Shown: positions 24,681 through 38,789 of the stretch, piece by piece | Layout of the letters: each line of letters opens with the position of its first letter | Position numbering within the stretch: the first letter of the stretch is position 1 | Source of the DNA: Octopus vulgaris | Taxonomy: Eukaryota | Assembly: GCA_951406725.2 (NCBI GenBank) | Contig: OX597816.1 | Location: 1,922,001 to 1,986,000, forward strand | Reading direction: 5' to 3' | DNA length: 64,000 nucleotides | Notes under the pieces: model-generated | What the model was told of the DNA's origin: nothing | Database searches by the model: none | Seen by the model: the letters and a program-made list of their open reading frames with translations, nothing else | Position numbers and translations under genes: made by a program

Positions 24681-24999
24681 ATATTTGAAAAAGGCAATAA
24701 TTATGATTGACATGTGATGCAGTGTGTGATCTGGTCAGGCGATGGGCAACTAGACTGGCAATGGCACTCAGCTTGCTTGGTGAGGAGGGTGACTATCGAT
24801 TTTTGGACACCTGTGGGATGAAAAACAAGACCCAGCAAGGGGCAGAGAAACTCAAAAGAGTCAATGGCCATCAAAAAAGGGGGGAAATAACTTGTTAGCC
24901 TTGTTTAGGAGTCTGTCTAGGAGAAAGAACATCCTAATTAAAAAACTGAGGTAGAGAAGGATCCTTAATCACCTTGGTGACAGTCTAGGGACAACCGGT

Positions 25000-25620
25000 C
25001 AGTGGCATGATAACGTGGCTAAGTTTGTTCACTGGACACTATGTGAAAAGCATGGCCACAGAAATGGTATGAACATGAACCAGAAGGAGTCACCCAGAAC
25101 AAGGAATATGACACTGTGGGGTTTCACAATCCAATATTACTCCCTAATCTATTCTCAGAAACCAGATATTGTTGCGGCAAGCAAAGGAAAAAAGGAAGCG
25201 AAGATTATAGATATTGCAATATCTGGGGATGCACGAATAAGTGAAAAAGAATTAGAAAAGATTGAAAAGTACAGACTACTAAAAGACGAAATTGCAAGAA
25301 TGTGGATGATGAGGAGAGAGTGTCTGTCATGTTGTAGGGACACTCGCAGCACTAACAACCAAGTTTGAGAAATATATCAGAGAAAATGGAATTGACATGA
25401 GAGCAGAGTAAGACCCAAAACAACTGCTCTGTTAGGGACAGCTAGGATTTTGAGATTGACACTTGGATGTTGAATGTCTCCCATGATAATTAACGACCAA
25501 ATATCAAAGCTTATAATGTGCGGAAAGAGACCCTGTGAGACCTCTGACTGCAGGCTGCTGTCCGCTCCCACAGAAAATACCAGAACAAACAAGACCGAAT
25601 GTTCTGAGAAGTGAAACAAT
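25000..25620 (+). mobile_element. R4/Dong-type non-LTR element, restriction-like endonuclease domain and 3' UTR
   Basis: HDNVAKFVHW, KPDIV, IIDIAI, EKIEKY and LLGTARIL motifs, with frameshifts. Confidence 0.85.
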
Positions 25621-25908
25621 GATAACAAGAGTACTCAGAGAGGGCATACCTCTGCCAATGCAATACCAATGTCCCCTCAACGATTAGGCAGAAAGGATTT
25701 TTAAAATGAGAATATCTTAAATAAAATCCTTCAATGAATATCATGAGACATTTTGGTTTTCTCTTCTCTTAAATTCCAGTCTTCCTTCAGTATTCCTCTT
25801 ATTTTCAATCGATGTATAGAATTATGTATATATGTAAGTATACTGTAAAGTGTTAAAATGTATGTATAATCTCCTAATATAATAATGAGTGTTATCTTTT
25901 TATATGTT

Positions 25909-25953
<45 letters not shown>

Positions 25954-25988
25954 GTGTGTGTGTGTGTGTAGATATATGTATATATGTA

Positions 25989-26027
<39 letters not shown>

Positions 26028-26289
26028 GAGCTAGAGTGAGAGGTGAAGGTAGAGGAGATAAATGGCAAAGAGAGTGTCATATGAATGAGAAAGGAAGGGG
26101 TAATAGATGAACAATGAAGGAAGGAGTGAAAAATCCGACAAACGGCATTTTAAGTGTGAGTATATGTGTGTGTAGAGGTGTATGTGTAGAGGTGTGTGTG
26201 TGTGTAGAGGTGTGTGTGTGTGTGTACAAAAAAAGTATGTGAAACTTTACAAAATGCATGTAAAGAAAATATAAAAGAAATAATCCAGA

Positions 26290-26440
26290 ATCCTTGTCCA
26301 CTACCGGATTGATCCCAAAATCTAATCAGTTTGTGTCAGTCATGAGGGCAAACATCCCTGAAAGTTTCATTGGAATCCATCCATCGGTTCTTGAGATATC
26401 TTGTCTCCACAGACAGACAAACACGACTGAAAACAAAATC
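26290..26440 (-). mobile_element. Helentron-associated (HINE/DINE-1-like) fragment
   Basis: Minus strand reads GTTTGTCTGTCTGT...GATATCTCAAGAACCGATGGATGGATT...ATGAAACTTT. Confidence 0.5.
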
Positions 26441-26619
26441 ATCATCATCATCATCATCTTCATCTTCATCATTGTTATCATCATCATCATCATCATCAAT
26501 GTCATTATTGCTGTAGTCATCATTGTCATCATCACTATCGTCAGCATTGTTATCTTTGCTGTAACCATCCGCATTATTATTATTATTATTATTATTATTG
26601 TTTATGGGTTTTTCTTCTT

Positions 26620-27020
26620 CTTTCAAATTTGCTTCTATTTCTTGCCGAGTGTCTTCCCGACTCCTAGGACAAAGAAACTCATTGTATTATTATTATTATT
26701 ATTATTCGGTAGTTTTATTTTTATAGCGTGCTTTCACTTCACTACCGAGCGCAGCTCTGTGTGCCTTGGGTATGTGCTGTGATTTGTTGTGATGCTCTGG
26801 TGGTTATTGTATGGAAAGTGTTCTGTGTAGGATGTGTGCAGTGCCTAGTAGTGCAATTTTCTGTATGTTATATGTGTTTGTAAGTCCTGGTGTTTTTGTT
26901 ATGTATTTGTCTGAATATTTTTTTATCATGCCTAATGCACCTACTATGATAGGAATTGTTTCTGTTTTCAGGTTCCACATTCTAGTTACCTCTATTTCCA
27001 GGTCTTTGTATTTTGAGAGT
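26620..27020 (-). mobile_element. Two R4/Dong-type 3' end fragments in (TAA)n
   Basis: 26705-27020 encodes KYKDLEIEVTRMWNLKTETIPIIVGALG and matches 41865-42170; 26620-26685 matches 40190-40255. Both are flanked by (TTA)n. Confidence 0.85.
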
Positions 27021-27042
27021 TTATTATTATTATTATTATTAA

Positions 27043-27078
<36 letters not shown>

Positions 27079-27319
27079 CATAATAATGATTATTATGTCA
27101 TTATTACTATTATTATAATTATTGTTGCTGTTACTGTAATTGTTAATAATAATGACGTTGACAACGACAACAACAAGAACTATGACAACAATGATGGCAA
27201 TGATAATGAGGAAGAGGAGGAAAGGGGGAGAGGGAGGAGAGGAGAGTGGAGGAGAGGAGAGGGGAGGGAGGAGAAGGAGGAGAATGATGCTGCTGCTGCT
27301 GCTGCTGATATTTATGAAG

Positions 27320-27660
27320 ACACATTCGACCAGCTTTAAAAACTTTGATACCCACAATTCTATCAGCGTTGTGTTGATGGTTCTAAGACTCTTTGGAGGG
27401 GGTCTGATGCCAGCCCCGTGACAGGTTCTTCTATAAGCTGAATATTTGAATATTCTTGACCCTGCTGTCACATGATTTTTTATTTTCCCACCTATTTTTG
27501 TTTCCTTTGGTTGTAAATGCTGCAATGTGTCCCATGCAGTTCCACTCCTGCAGGTGTTTCTCCTCCAAGATACACCAATGAAGACTCCTGTAGCAGGTCT
27601 ATACACTGATTCGACTCCGGTGCTTGTAGTGTCCACCAATCACAAAATTCTGTACAAGCG
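27320..27660 (-). pseudogene. Possible Merlin (IS1016/IS1595-like) transposase remnant
   Basis: IKNHVTAGSRIF..SAYRR...RTIN..LIELW resembles IxxHVxxGSxIxSDxWxAY...HxTVNH...IExxW. An upstream frame has YKHRSR. Confidence 0.4.
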
Positions 27661-27860
27661 ATTGCTGGTCATTTGAGTGATGACATCATTCGCGACAGAC
27701 GTGTCTGGTCAGATTTGTTGTAAAAGGAGACAGTTCCAAGAAGCACGTGGAGAGACGGACAGAGGAAGAGGGGACAGAGCCCAGTCTTGAGTTCATGTCC
27801 CGGGTCAGCTGATGTTGATAGCCAGACCCAACAAATATGAAGTGTCAGCAACGCTTGATG

Positions 27861-27892
<32 letters not shown>

Positions 27893-27893
27893 A

Positions 27894-27938
<45 letters not shown>

Positions 27939-28476
27939 GTGATGATGATGTGGGCATTGATGATGAGGGTGGTGGTGGTGGTAGTGGTAGAGGTAACAAT
28001 GATGATGTCAACCATAGTGAAGCTGCATACACATACGCACACACACGCACAAATGCACGCATGTACACACACGCACATGTATATGCGTATGTATATGTAT
28101 GTGTGCGAGTGTTTGTGTGTGCTCTTATCTTGGCATCGTATGATGGTTGTAAACGAGTTTCACCCTCATACATGCAGTGTTGTTCATTTTCAGTGTTTTT
28201 TTTAAAAAAAAAACATGTCTGGCCATGGGAAAATATTACCTTAATTGGAAACAGGTGAGGATTGGCAAAAGGAAAGACATGAAGCTGTAGAAAATCTCAC
28301 TTGACAAATTCCTTCTGACCCATGCAAGCAAGAGAAGTGGAAGTTAAAACAAACGATGACACTATATCATACGCTGCATTTGTTTCGACTTTATTTTCAT
28401 CATGTTCTTCATCATCATCCTCAGCATCATTGTTGTCATTATTATTATTATTTTGTTTATTATTATTATTATGTTG

Positions 28477-28529
<53 letters not shown>

Positions 28530-28586
28530 CTCCTCATTATTATTATCATATTATTATCATCATTATTCTTTTGTCTATTATTATTA

Positions 28587-28642
<56 letters not shown>

Positions 28643-28645
28643 TCA

Positions 28646-28858
28646 AAGCAGTGAGTTGGCAGAAACGTTAGCATGCCGGGCGAAATGCTTAGTGGTATTT
28701 CATCTGCCTTTATCTTCTCAGTTCAAATTCCACCAAAATCGACTTTGCCTTTCATCCTTTTGGGGCTGATAAATTCAGTACCAGTTGCATACTGGGATCA
28801 ATCTAATTGACTGGCCCCCTCCTCCAAAATTTTGGGTCTTGTGCCTAGAGTAGAAAAG

Positions 28859-28926
<68 letters not shown>

Positions 28927-29148
28927 CATTGCTAAAGCAGTGAGCTGGCAGAATCATTAGCACGCCGAACAAAATGCTTAGAGGCATTTTGTCCATCTTT
29001 ATGTTCTGAGTTCAAATCCTGCTGAGGTCATCTTTGCCTCTCATCCTTTTAGGGTTGATAAAATAAGTACCAGCTAAACACAGGGGTCAATGTAATTGAG
29101 TAACCCACCTCCCCAAAAATGTCATGCCTTGTGCCTATTGTAGAAAGG
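28646..29148 (+). mobile_element. Two tandem SINE family C copies embedded in (TTA)n
   Basis: GCAGTGAGYTGGCAGAA head, AGTTCAAAT B box, CCTTTCATCCTTT..GATAAA..AGTACCAG domain. Confidence 0.8.
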
Positions 29149-29191
29149 ATCATCATCATCGCTATCATAGTCATTATTATTATTATTATTA

Positions 29192-29228
<37 letters not shown>

Positions 29229-30878
29229 CATTATTACAGTGCCATATCTCCTTTATTTCTGGTTCCTTTCTATTTCCTATCTTTTGTATTTTCTTTCAAC
29301 AGTAGACAGGCATTCAGTAGAACTATAGTTAATGTGATGTCAGTAAATAAACCGCATTTACAAGCATCTAGTTTATTATTGGATCCTAATTCACTTAAAG
29401 GACTTTTCTGTTGATCGTCTATTCAACCAGAAATTGCTGTCTGTGATACTAACTACCATTTCCAACAGAATGCTATTCTATTGGAGAGCAAGTTGAGCGA
29501 ATGGTTTGTTGTTTTTGCTTTCTTCATATTCTAAAAGACATAATTTCTCATTCTGTTGTCAGTGATGTTGTATGGCATTATGCTTTTCAGAATATACATC
29601 AATATTTTTCTTCCTTTCATATTCTTTGTCTTTAATTAGCCATATTCATTTTCTTTCCCTTCTTTATCTCATGAAAACAATCTAATTATTTTTAGCAAAC
29701 AATTTTTATTCTTAGTTCTGTTGTTTTCAAACATCTTTTGCAAAACTTGATCTCCCTGAGAGATATCACCACAAAGATCCTGAAGAGAAAGAAAGAATTC
29801 ACTTCACCCTACAGACCTTTATTAGCTGGACTGAGTTTTCTTTAGAATCTGCAACCAGGAAGTGGGTAATGCTAAGAGAAGTGGTTCTTGTTTTTGTGAC
29901 GCTTTATTCGTTTAATATATTCTTAAAACAACAGGAGTTATTTTTGATTTTTGTTTTTCGCATTAGTTTTGTTGCAGTTGTTTGTCAACATTGAATTCAA
30001 CTGCAGCGTGAGGAGCTGTAGACCCTTTTCCATTTTGGATCCTTCTCTCACTTTAACCCCTTCTTCCAAAGCACCTCTCTTTCTATTGTAACCTTACTCA
30101 CTTGAAGGGGATTTTAGTCTTGCAGGCTGCATGGCAATTTCAAAAGTACCCAGAACATTCTGCAAAGTGGCTGGTGTTAGGAATGGCATCCAACCATAGA
30201 ACCAAGCCGAAGCCAACACAGGAGCACGATACAGTCTTTGGACCCACTGGATCCTGTCAAACTGTCCAACCCTTGGCAGCATACAACATGGACAATAAGC
30301 AATGATGATGATGATGATGATGATGATGATGGTGGTAGTAGTGGTGATGATTATGATGAAGTGCTTCTTGGTAGAATTGTTGTAATTATATTTGTTTATT
30401 TTTGTTATTGTTGCCGATGATCTTGATATCATGTCACAGAAGATATTCTTCTGATTGAAGACAAAGTTGCAGACATTGCCATTCCTTGTGGTGTTTATTT
30501 CTGCTGGTTGAAGCATTCAGAGCCAATGGTATAACATTGAATGTACGACAGGTTTAATTTGGTGGGAAGGCTTCCTTTTCACCTGGTGTACATCATTTCA
30601 TATTAAAGAGAACTGAAGCCAGGTATGACCAGAGATCATTGGACTCCTTTACTGTAGCATCTCTACAAACATGCTGCTCTTAGTTCGAAAGCCATTAAGC
30701 TTAGTTTAGCCTCAAAGGCAGCGGCAATGCTGTGGGATTAAGAAGTTCTGTTGGGGACCATGAGATTCCAGGTTCAAACCTGTTCTGCAGTACTTTGGGC
30801 AAGTGTCTTTTATCATGGTTCCAAAGTGAACAATGCTTTGTGTGGAGAATGTGTTTGGTGGAAATAGTGAAGTCCATT

Positions 30879-30879
<1 letters not shown>

Positions 30880-30921
<42 letters not shown>

Positions 30922-31079
30922 TACACACATACATGCATACATACATACATACATACATGTATACACACATACATAGACACAGGCGTATATACATATATAC
31001 ATACATACATAATGCATACATGCATACACACATACATACACACATACATACACACATGCAAGCATACACACATACATAC

Positions 31080-31110
<31 letters not shown>

Positions 31111-31550
31111 TACATACATACATACATACACACATACACACACACATACATACACACATACATATATACATACATACATACATACACACATGCATACGCA
31201 CATACATAGACACAGGCGTATATACATATATACATACATACATAATGCATACATGCATACACACATACATACACACATATATACACACATGCAAGCATAC
31301 ACACACGCATACATACATACATACATACATACACACACACACATACATACATACATACATACACACATACACACACATACATACACACATACATACATAC
31401 ATACACACATGCATACGCACATACATAGACACAGGCGTATATACATATATACATACATAATGCATACATGCATACACACATACATACACACATATATACA
31501 CACATGCAAGCATACACACACGCATGCATACATACACACATACATACATT
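30880..31550. repeat. (CA)n/(TACA)n tract with three higher-order copies
   Basis: CATACATAGACACAGGCGTATA occurs at about 30968, 31201 and 31420. Confidence 0.9.
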
Positions 31551-31783
31551 AGAACTATAGAAGAGCAGTCATTGACCCATATGGAATCTGTGACCAACAA
31601 ATTGTTGTGTAAAAAACCAATACAATAAAGAGAATGAATGTTTCTACATCTTTGTATCCTAAAACCTCCAGAAAAATATCAGAATATTTCTCTTTTCAAC
31701 TGAAATTTAACCCACCACCAAAATACCAGTTTTTTCTCTTCTTTAATTTTCATTTGTTAAAAGTTATTTTAACAAAAATTATA

Positions 31784-32190
31784 CAGGAGTGGCTGTGTGG
31801 TATGTAGCTTGCTTACCAACCTCATGGTTCCAGGTTCAGTCCCACTGCGTGGCACCTTGGGCAAGTGTCTTCTACTATAGCCTCAGGCCGACCAAGGCCT
31901 TGTGAGTGGATTTGGTTGATGGAAACTGAAAGAAGCCTGTCATATATATGTATATATATATATATATGCGCGTGTGTGTTTGTGTGTCTGTGTTTGTTCC
32001 TCTAGCATTGCTTGACAACCGATGCTGGTGTGTTTATGTCCCCGTTACTTAGCGGTTCGGCAAAAGAGACCGATAGAATAAGTACTGGGCTTACAAAGAA
32101 TAAGTCCCGGGGTCGAGTTGCTCGATTAAAGGCGGTGCTCCAGCATGGCTGCAGTCAAATGACTGAAACAAGTAAAAGAGAGTAAAGAGT
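31784..32190 (+). mobile_element. Full-length tRNA-derived SINE family A (reference copy)
   Basis: A box 31790-31800, B box GGTTCAGTCCC 31833-31843, CORE-like CCTTGGGCAAGT, central TA/TG microsatellite, 3' hairpin 32152-32165. Confidence 0.9.
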
Positions 32191-32314
32191 TTCCTCTTTC
32201 CACAGAATTTTTAGAATTACCTTAAGCATTTTTGTCCAAGGTGGTGCTCCTGCATGGCCACAGTCTCATGACTGAAACAAGTAAAAGATACAAAAATAAA
32301 GGATATAGGATTAG

Positions 32315-32670
32315 GCTTGGCTGTGTGGTAAAGAAGCTTGCTTCCCAACCACATGGTTCCGGGTTCAGTCCCACTACATGGCACCTTGGGCAAGTGTCTT
32401 CTTACTAGAACTTCAAGCTGACCAAAGCCTTGTGAGTGGATCTGGTTGGAGGAAACTGAAGGAAGCCCATCATGTGTGTGTGTGTTAGTGCTCCCCACTG
32501 CTTCATCACTGGTGTTGATATGTATATGTCCCCATAACTTAGCAGTTTGGCAAAAGAGACTGATAGAATATGTACCAGTCTTAAAAAAAGAAATAAGTCC
32601 TGGGGTCAAGTCATTCAACTAAAACTTCTCCAACTATGGTTGTAGTCTAATGACTGAAACAAGTAGAACA
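32315..32670 (+). mobile_element. SINE family A
   Basis: Collinear with 31784-32190. Confidence 0.85.
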
Positions 32671-33054
32671 CACAAGAGGAAAGAGCTTAGAATATTTTCA
32701 TTAAAAATAAACCCGGATTCTGTTGCTTTTTTTTTTTGCTTTTTTCAGTATTTTCTCTCAATCTTGTTGAATATTTGCTTGCTTTCTAATAAGGAGAGCT
32801 TGCAATTATATTTTGTTTTGCCTTGTTTCTATGGAAACTGAAAAGTGGATTAAAATGACATATATCACCACCACCATCACCATCATCACCGTCATCATCA
32901 TCATCATTTAGTATCCATTTTCCATGCTGGCATGGGTTGAACAGTTTGACTAGGATTGGTAAGCTAGAGAGCTGTACCAGGTTCCGGTCTGGTTTGGAAT
33001 GGTTTCTACTCCTGGGGCTCCATACGAGGAACTTATTTTACTGGGATGTATACC

Positions 33055-33104
<50 letters not shown>

Positions 33105-33149
33105 ATATATATATATATATATATGTGTATATATATATATTTATTTTTA

Positions 33150-34685
33150 TATTTTATCTAGTTTCAGCTCACGAGCTGTGGCCATGCTGGGGCACCGCCA
33201 TTTGGTGTTGCTACATGATTTTACTTCATGAATGCTTTTTAGCAATTGCCATTTGGTGCATGAGAGAGTTCAATGCACCTACTCTCATCTGCACCTCCTG
33301 CCGTGAAGTTGGTTCATCTGGGACACCTGATAGGAAGAGATCCAGTTTTATTTTAAAGACATCTGCATCCACCCCATGCAGGTCTCTCAGGTCCTTCGGG
33401 AGGATATTGAAGAGCTGTGGACCAGGCAATCACAGTATTTTGTCTTACATCTTGATGGAAAATTTGGAGTCCTTGGCACTATGAAGTGGCGCCCAGTTCT
33501 AGTATTTGTGTAACTCTCGATGCCAATGTTTGGGACAAGTCCTTCTAGGATCTTCCAGATGTATATTATGGCATATCTTTCTCGCCTATGCTCAAAGGAA
33601 TAGAGTCTTAATCTCTTGAGTCTTTCCCAGTAGCTTACATGCCGCACAGAGGCTATCTTCTTCGTGTAGCTTCGTTGGATCGCCTCAAGTTCTGTGATTA
33701 ACTTGACACTGGATGGTGACCATAGCTGAGAGCAATAGTCAAAGTGACTTAGGACAAGTGTCCTCCAGAGGACCATCATGGTTTCCTGGTCTCTTGTTCT
33801 AAAGGCTCTAAGAATCCATCCGGTCAGCCGCCTACATTTCATTGCCAATTTAGCAACATGCACATGAAAGGTTGCATCATCACTCATGTAAATACCCAGG
33901 TCTCACACTGATTGTGTCTCTGGGATTGCAATCCCTCCAGGTCCAGTGTATTTATTGGGTATTGCATTTAGCTTTGCATACTGATAGCATAAAGCTTGAA
34001 ACTTTTCAGCATTGAACTGTATGCTATTCTTTTCAGCCCACTTGTATATTTTGTCCAGCTCACATTGCAGGTGCATAGTGTCTTCGGGGTTCTGTATTGC
34101 CTGTGAAACTTTTGTATCATCTGCATAACTTGTGATTGTGGCTGAGGGCATGTCTGAGAGGGCCATTATAAACAGTAGTGGTCCCAAAACAGTGCCTTGC
34201 GGAACACTGCTCACTATTTGCGTGTTATTGGAGGTGACCCCATTGGCTACTACCACCTGACTTCTATCCTTCAGAAAGTCATGAAGCCATTCTCCCAATT
34301 TTCCAACTATGCCAAGATCACGCAGTTTGTGACATATCATTCCATGATTGACTTTATCAAAGACCTTTGCAAAGTCGAGATATATCACTTCCACATTTGA
34401 GTGGTTGAGCAGTCGTTCCAACACCCAGTCATAGTGTTGTAGGAGCTGAGTTAGGCAGCTTCTTCCTGGTCGGAAACCATGTTGGGTGTCAGACAACAAG
34501 TCATTTTCTTCAAGGAAGGTGATCAGTTTCCTTCTGACTATTCGTTCCATGACGTTGCTGATGTGTGAGGTCAGAGAGATAGGTCTGTAGTTCTTGGCCT
34601 CCGCTCTGCTACCTCCTTTATGAATAGGGCATATTTTACCTTCCTTCAGTTTTCTTGGAAGTTTGCCAGTTGCAAGGAAGCAACT
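33150..34685 (-). mobile_element. 5'-truncated CR1-type LINE: reverse transcriptase domain and 3' end
   Basis: [61 protein letters not shown] and GPQLFNILP motifs, split over three ORFs. Confidence 0.95.
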
Positions 34686-34699
34686 GTATATACAGTAGT

Positions 34700-34990
<291 letters not shown>

Positions 34991-35699
34991 ACAGATCAAT
35001 TTATCAAAGTTGAATGCAAAATTAGGAGTTTAATTTATGTGTTAATACACATGATTAATTAATATAAATATATGAAACAGGTATGGCCATGTGGTTGAGA
35101 AGTTTGCCTCTCAACCACATGCTTTCAAGTTCAGTTCCGTTGTGTGGCATCTTGGACAAGTATCTTCCACTCTAAGTTTGAGCAGACCAAAACCTCGTCA
35201 GTGGATCTGGTGCAAGCCTGTTGGCTTGTAATATATTCCATATATATATATATGTGTGTGTATATACATGTGCGTGTGTGTGTGCCTTCTGCTCTTCACA
35301 TTCCATGAGAAATGTAAACAAGTTTCAACATTATACAAGCCATGTCATTTACACATACGTACAAGCATACATACACACACAAATTCACATATATACACAT
35401 ATACAGGCATAGATACACACACACATGCATACACATACATATACACATATGTAAATGTACACATACACACACAAACATATACACATCCACACACACACAT
35501 TGGGGTTTAACTTGCAGATAACAACCACAACATCCTCTCATTGCAAGTCAAATAACTACACAAAAAGAAGCCAAGACAAAAAACAAAAACAAAAACGATG
35601 TTAATTACACAGTGTTGTTGGTGGTTGCAGAAGTAAAGGTCTGACTATTAATAGTAGTTATTTACAGTGAAGTGAACTCAGCCATCGGAAAATAAATTG

Positions 35700-36740
35700 T
35701 CTTGATCAGGGATATAGTAGTATGGAAGACCATTGGAACAGTAACTACCTGCTTCAGAACTTGAACATAGTATGGTGGATCAGTAACACCATAACTCATC
35801 ATCATCATTGTTTAACGTCCACTTTCCATGCTAGCATGGGTTGGATGATTTTGACTGAGGGCTGGCGAACCAGATGACTGCACCAAGCTCCAATCTAGAT
35901 CTGGTAGAGTTTCTACAGCTGGATGCCCTTCCTAACGCCAACCACTCCGAGAGTGTAGTGGCTGCTTTTTATGTGCCACTGGCACGGGGGCCAGTCAGGC
36001 GGTACTAGCAATGACCTCGCTCGAATCTTTTTACACATGCCCCCGGCACAGGTGCCAGTCAGGTGACGTTGGTAACGATCATGCTTGAATGGTGCCCTTT
36101 CACGTACCACCGGCATGGAAGCCAGTCGGCTACTCTGGCAACGATCACACTCGGATGGTGCTCTTTGCACCCTACTAGCACGAGGCTCAAGTGCCAGTAA
36201 GGCGACACTGGTAACGATCACATTCAAATGGTGCCCTTTTACGTGCCACTGGCACGGAAGCTGGTTAGCCGCTCTGTCAACGATCACACTCGTATGGTGC
36301 TTTTTTGCACCCCGCTAGCACAGATGCCAGTCATCGAATTATAACTAACTGCTTGATAATCTGGACCCAGGATAGCGGACCTTGATAATCTGGACCCAGG
36401 ATAGCGGACCTTGCGTACTTGTTTGTTCATGATTGCTTGTCAAAGGTGATGACAGCATTGATCCAGGATATTCTTCCTCCTCTGCATTTAGCGTATATTT
36501 TTTCGTGGGAGGGAATACAAAACAGACACCATAATTAACTATTTAGTTAATTTGGAAATAGTAAGGTAGACCAGCGATGCAATAACTAACAATTTAATAA
36601 CTTGAACACGGTATGGTAGATCAGAGGGACCATAATTAGCAATTTGATAACTTGGACACAGTATGGTGAACCATTGTCACCATAATTAGCATTTTGGTTA
36701 TTTGAACAAGGTATGGTAGACCATCGGCACCATAACTATT
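35700..36740. repeat. Old 50-bp minisatellite interrupted by the RTE fragment
   Basis: CATAA(T/C)TA...TTG(G/A)A...GTATGGT units at about 36530, 36580, 36631 and 36681, with related units at 35720-35796. Confidence 0.75.
35797..36340 (-). mobile_element. RTE 3' UTR fragment with multiple subrepeats and candidate TSD ATAACT
   Basis: ATAACT at 35791-35796 and 36341-36346; sequence matches 8445-8937. Confidence 0.85.
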
Positions 36741-37019
36741 TGCTGAAAGTAATTCTATATGAAGTAACTGAATACTGTGTTTTGTGAACATAGGAAATAT
36801 ATTTGAGAAGCTTTGCTAATCTGGTTAATTATGGATAATTGGGTTAATTAATATTTAGGTGAAAATTAGTGATGCAATCCATCAGAATTGACTGGTCAGG
36901 TGTTCTTAAAGATTTTGCTCTCAGTCTCACACATAATCATCGATGCATGCATTTGTGTATGTATGTATATATATGTATATATATATATATATGTGTGGAG
37001 AGAGTGAGAGAGAAAGTAT

Positions 37020-37423
37020 ATACTCTTTTACTCTTTTACTTGTTTCAGTCATTTGACTGCGGCCATGCTGGAGCACCGTCTTTAATCAAGCAACTCGACC
37101 CCGATACTTATTCTTTTGTAAGCCCAGTACTTATTCTATCGGTCTCTTTTGCCGAACCGCTAAGTAACGGGGACATAAACACACCAGCATCGGTTGTCAA
37201 GCAATGCTAGGGGGACAAACACAGACATACAAACACACATACGCATATATATATACATATATACGACGGGATTCTTTCAGTTTCCGTCTACCAAATCCAC
37301 TCACAAGGCTTTGGTCGGCCCGAGGCTATAGTAGAAGACACTTGTCCAAGATGCCAAGCAGTGGGACTGAACCCGGAACCATGTGGTTGGTAAACAAGCT
37401 ACTTACCACACACCACTCCTGCG

Positions 37424-37467
<44 letters not shown>

Positions 37468-37681
37468 ATATATACTTTTGTTCTTCTATTCTTTTATTTG
37501 TTTCAGTCATTTAACTGCAGCCATGCTGGAGCACCACCTTTAGTCAAACAAATTGAGTCCAGGACTTATTCTTAGTAAGCCTAGTATTTATCCTATCGGT
37601 CTTTTTTGCCAAACTGCTAAGCTACAGGGACATAAACACACCAACATTGATTGTCAAGCTATGGTGGGGGGACAAGCACAA

Positions 37682-37712
<31 letters not shown>

Positions 37713-37875
37713 ATGGGCTTCTTTCAGTTTCTATCTACCAAATCCACTCACAAGGCTTTGGTTGGCCCGAGGCTTTAAAGGAAGACACTTGCTCAAGGTG
37801 CCACGCAGCGGGACTGAACCAAGAACTGTGTGGTTGGTAAGCAAGCTACTTACCACACAACCACTCCTGCACCTA
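37020..37875 (-). mobile_element. Two tandem full-length SINE family A copies
   Basis: 37020-37425 and 37475-37875 are reverse complements of the reference copy. Confidence 0.9.
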
Positions 37876-38089
37876 TATATATATATATATATATACATAT
37901 GTATGCATGTATGTATGTATGTATGTAGGCATATTGATACATAGATACATGCATACATACATACACAGTAAGGTGTTAGTCAATGATAAGAATCAGCTCC
38001 ACAGAATTTACCATATTTTTGATAATTTGCAACTTAATACTATCTAACTGTAATTAATCTAGTTAGTTCATATCTGGGAAAATGCTGCT

Positions 38090-38572
38090 GCCACCGCCAC
38101 CACCACCACCGCCGCCGCCACCACCACCACCACCACCACCGCCGCCACCACCACCGCCACCACCACCACCACCACCACCACCACCGCCACCACCACCACC
38201 ACCACCACCACCACTACTACTATCCCCACCACCACAACTACTACTATCACCACCACCACCACCACCACCACCACCGCCACCACCACCACCGCCACCACCA
38301 CCACCGCCACCACCACCACCACCACCACCACCGCCGCCGCCACCACCACCACCACCACCACCACCACCACCACCACTACTACTATCCCCACCACCACCAC
38401 TACTACTATCACCACCACCACCACCACCGCCACCACCACCACCACCACCACCGCCGCCACCACCACCACCGCCACCACCGCCGCCACCACCACCACCACC
38501 GCCACCACCACCACCACCACCACCACCACCACCACCACCGCCACCACCACCACCGCCACCACCACCACCACC

Positions 38573-38610
<38 letters not shown>
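38090..38610. repeat. (CCA/CCG)n with (CTA)n interruptions
   Basis: Direct; source of the poly-G and poly-P ORFs. Confidence 0.95.
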
Positions 38611-38612
<2 letters not shown>

Positions 38613-38789
38613 AGTTCTGTTCTTGTAGTTAAGTATGCCTGGGTGTGAGGTGAAGTGAAACTGCTGCTGTTGTTGTTGTTGAAGTCTCTGATCATTGGTT
38701 CCATCAAATCTTCTGCAGGTTATTTCATTATCCTCATCATTACCTTCATCATCATTATTATTGTTGGCATTATTTAAGATGTTGCACAG

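Noticed and set aside
31784-31860. tRNA gene
   Set aside because: A/B boxes belong to a SINE head repeated many times; no full cloverleaf or terminator.
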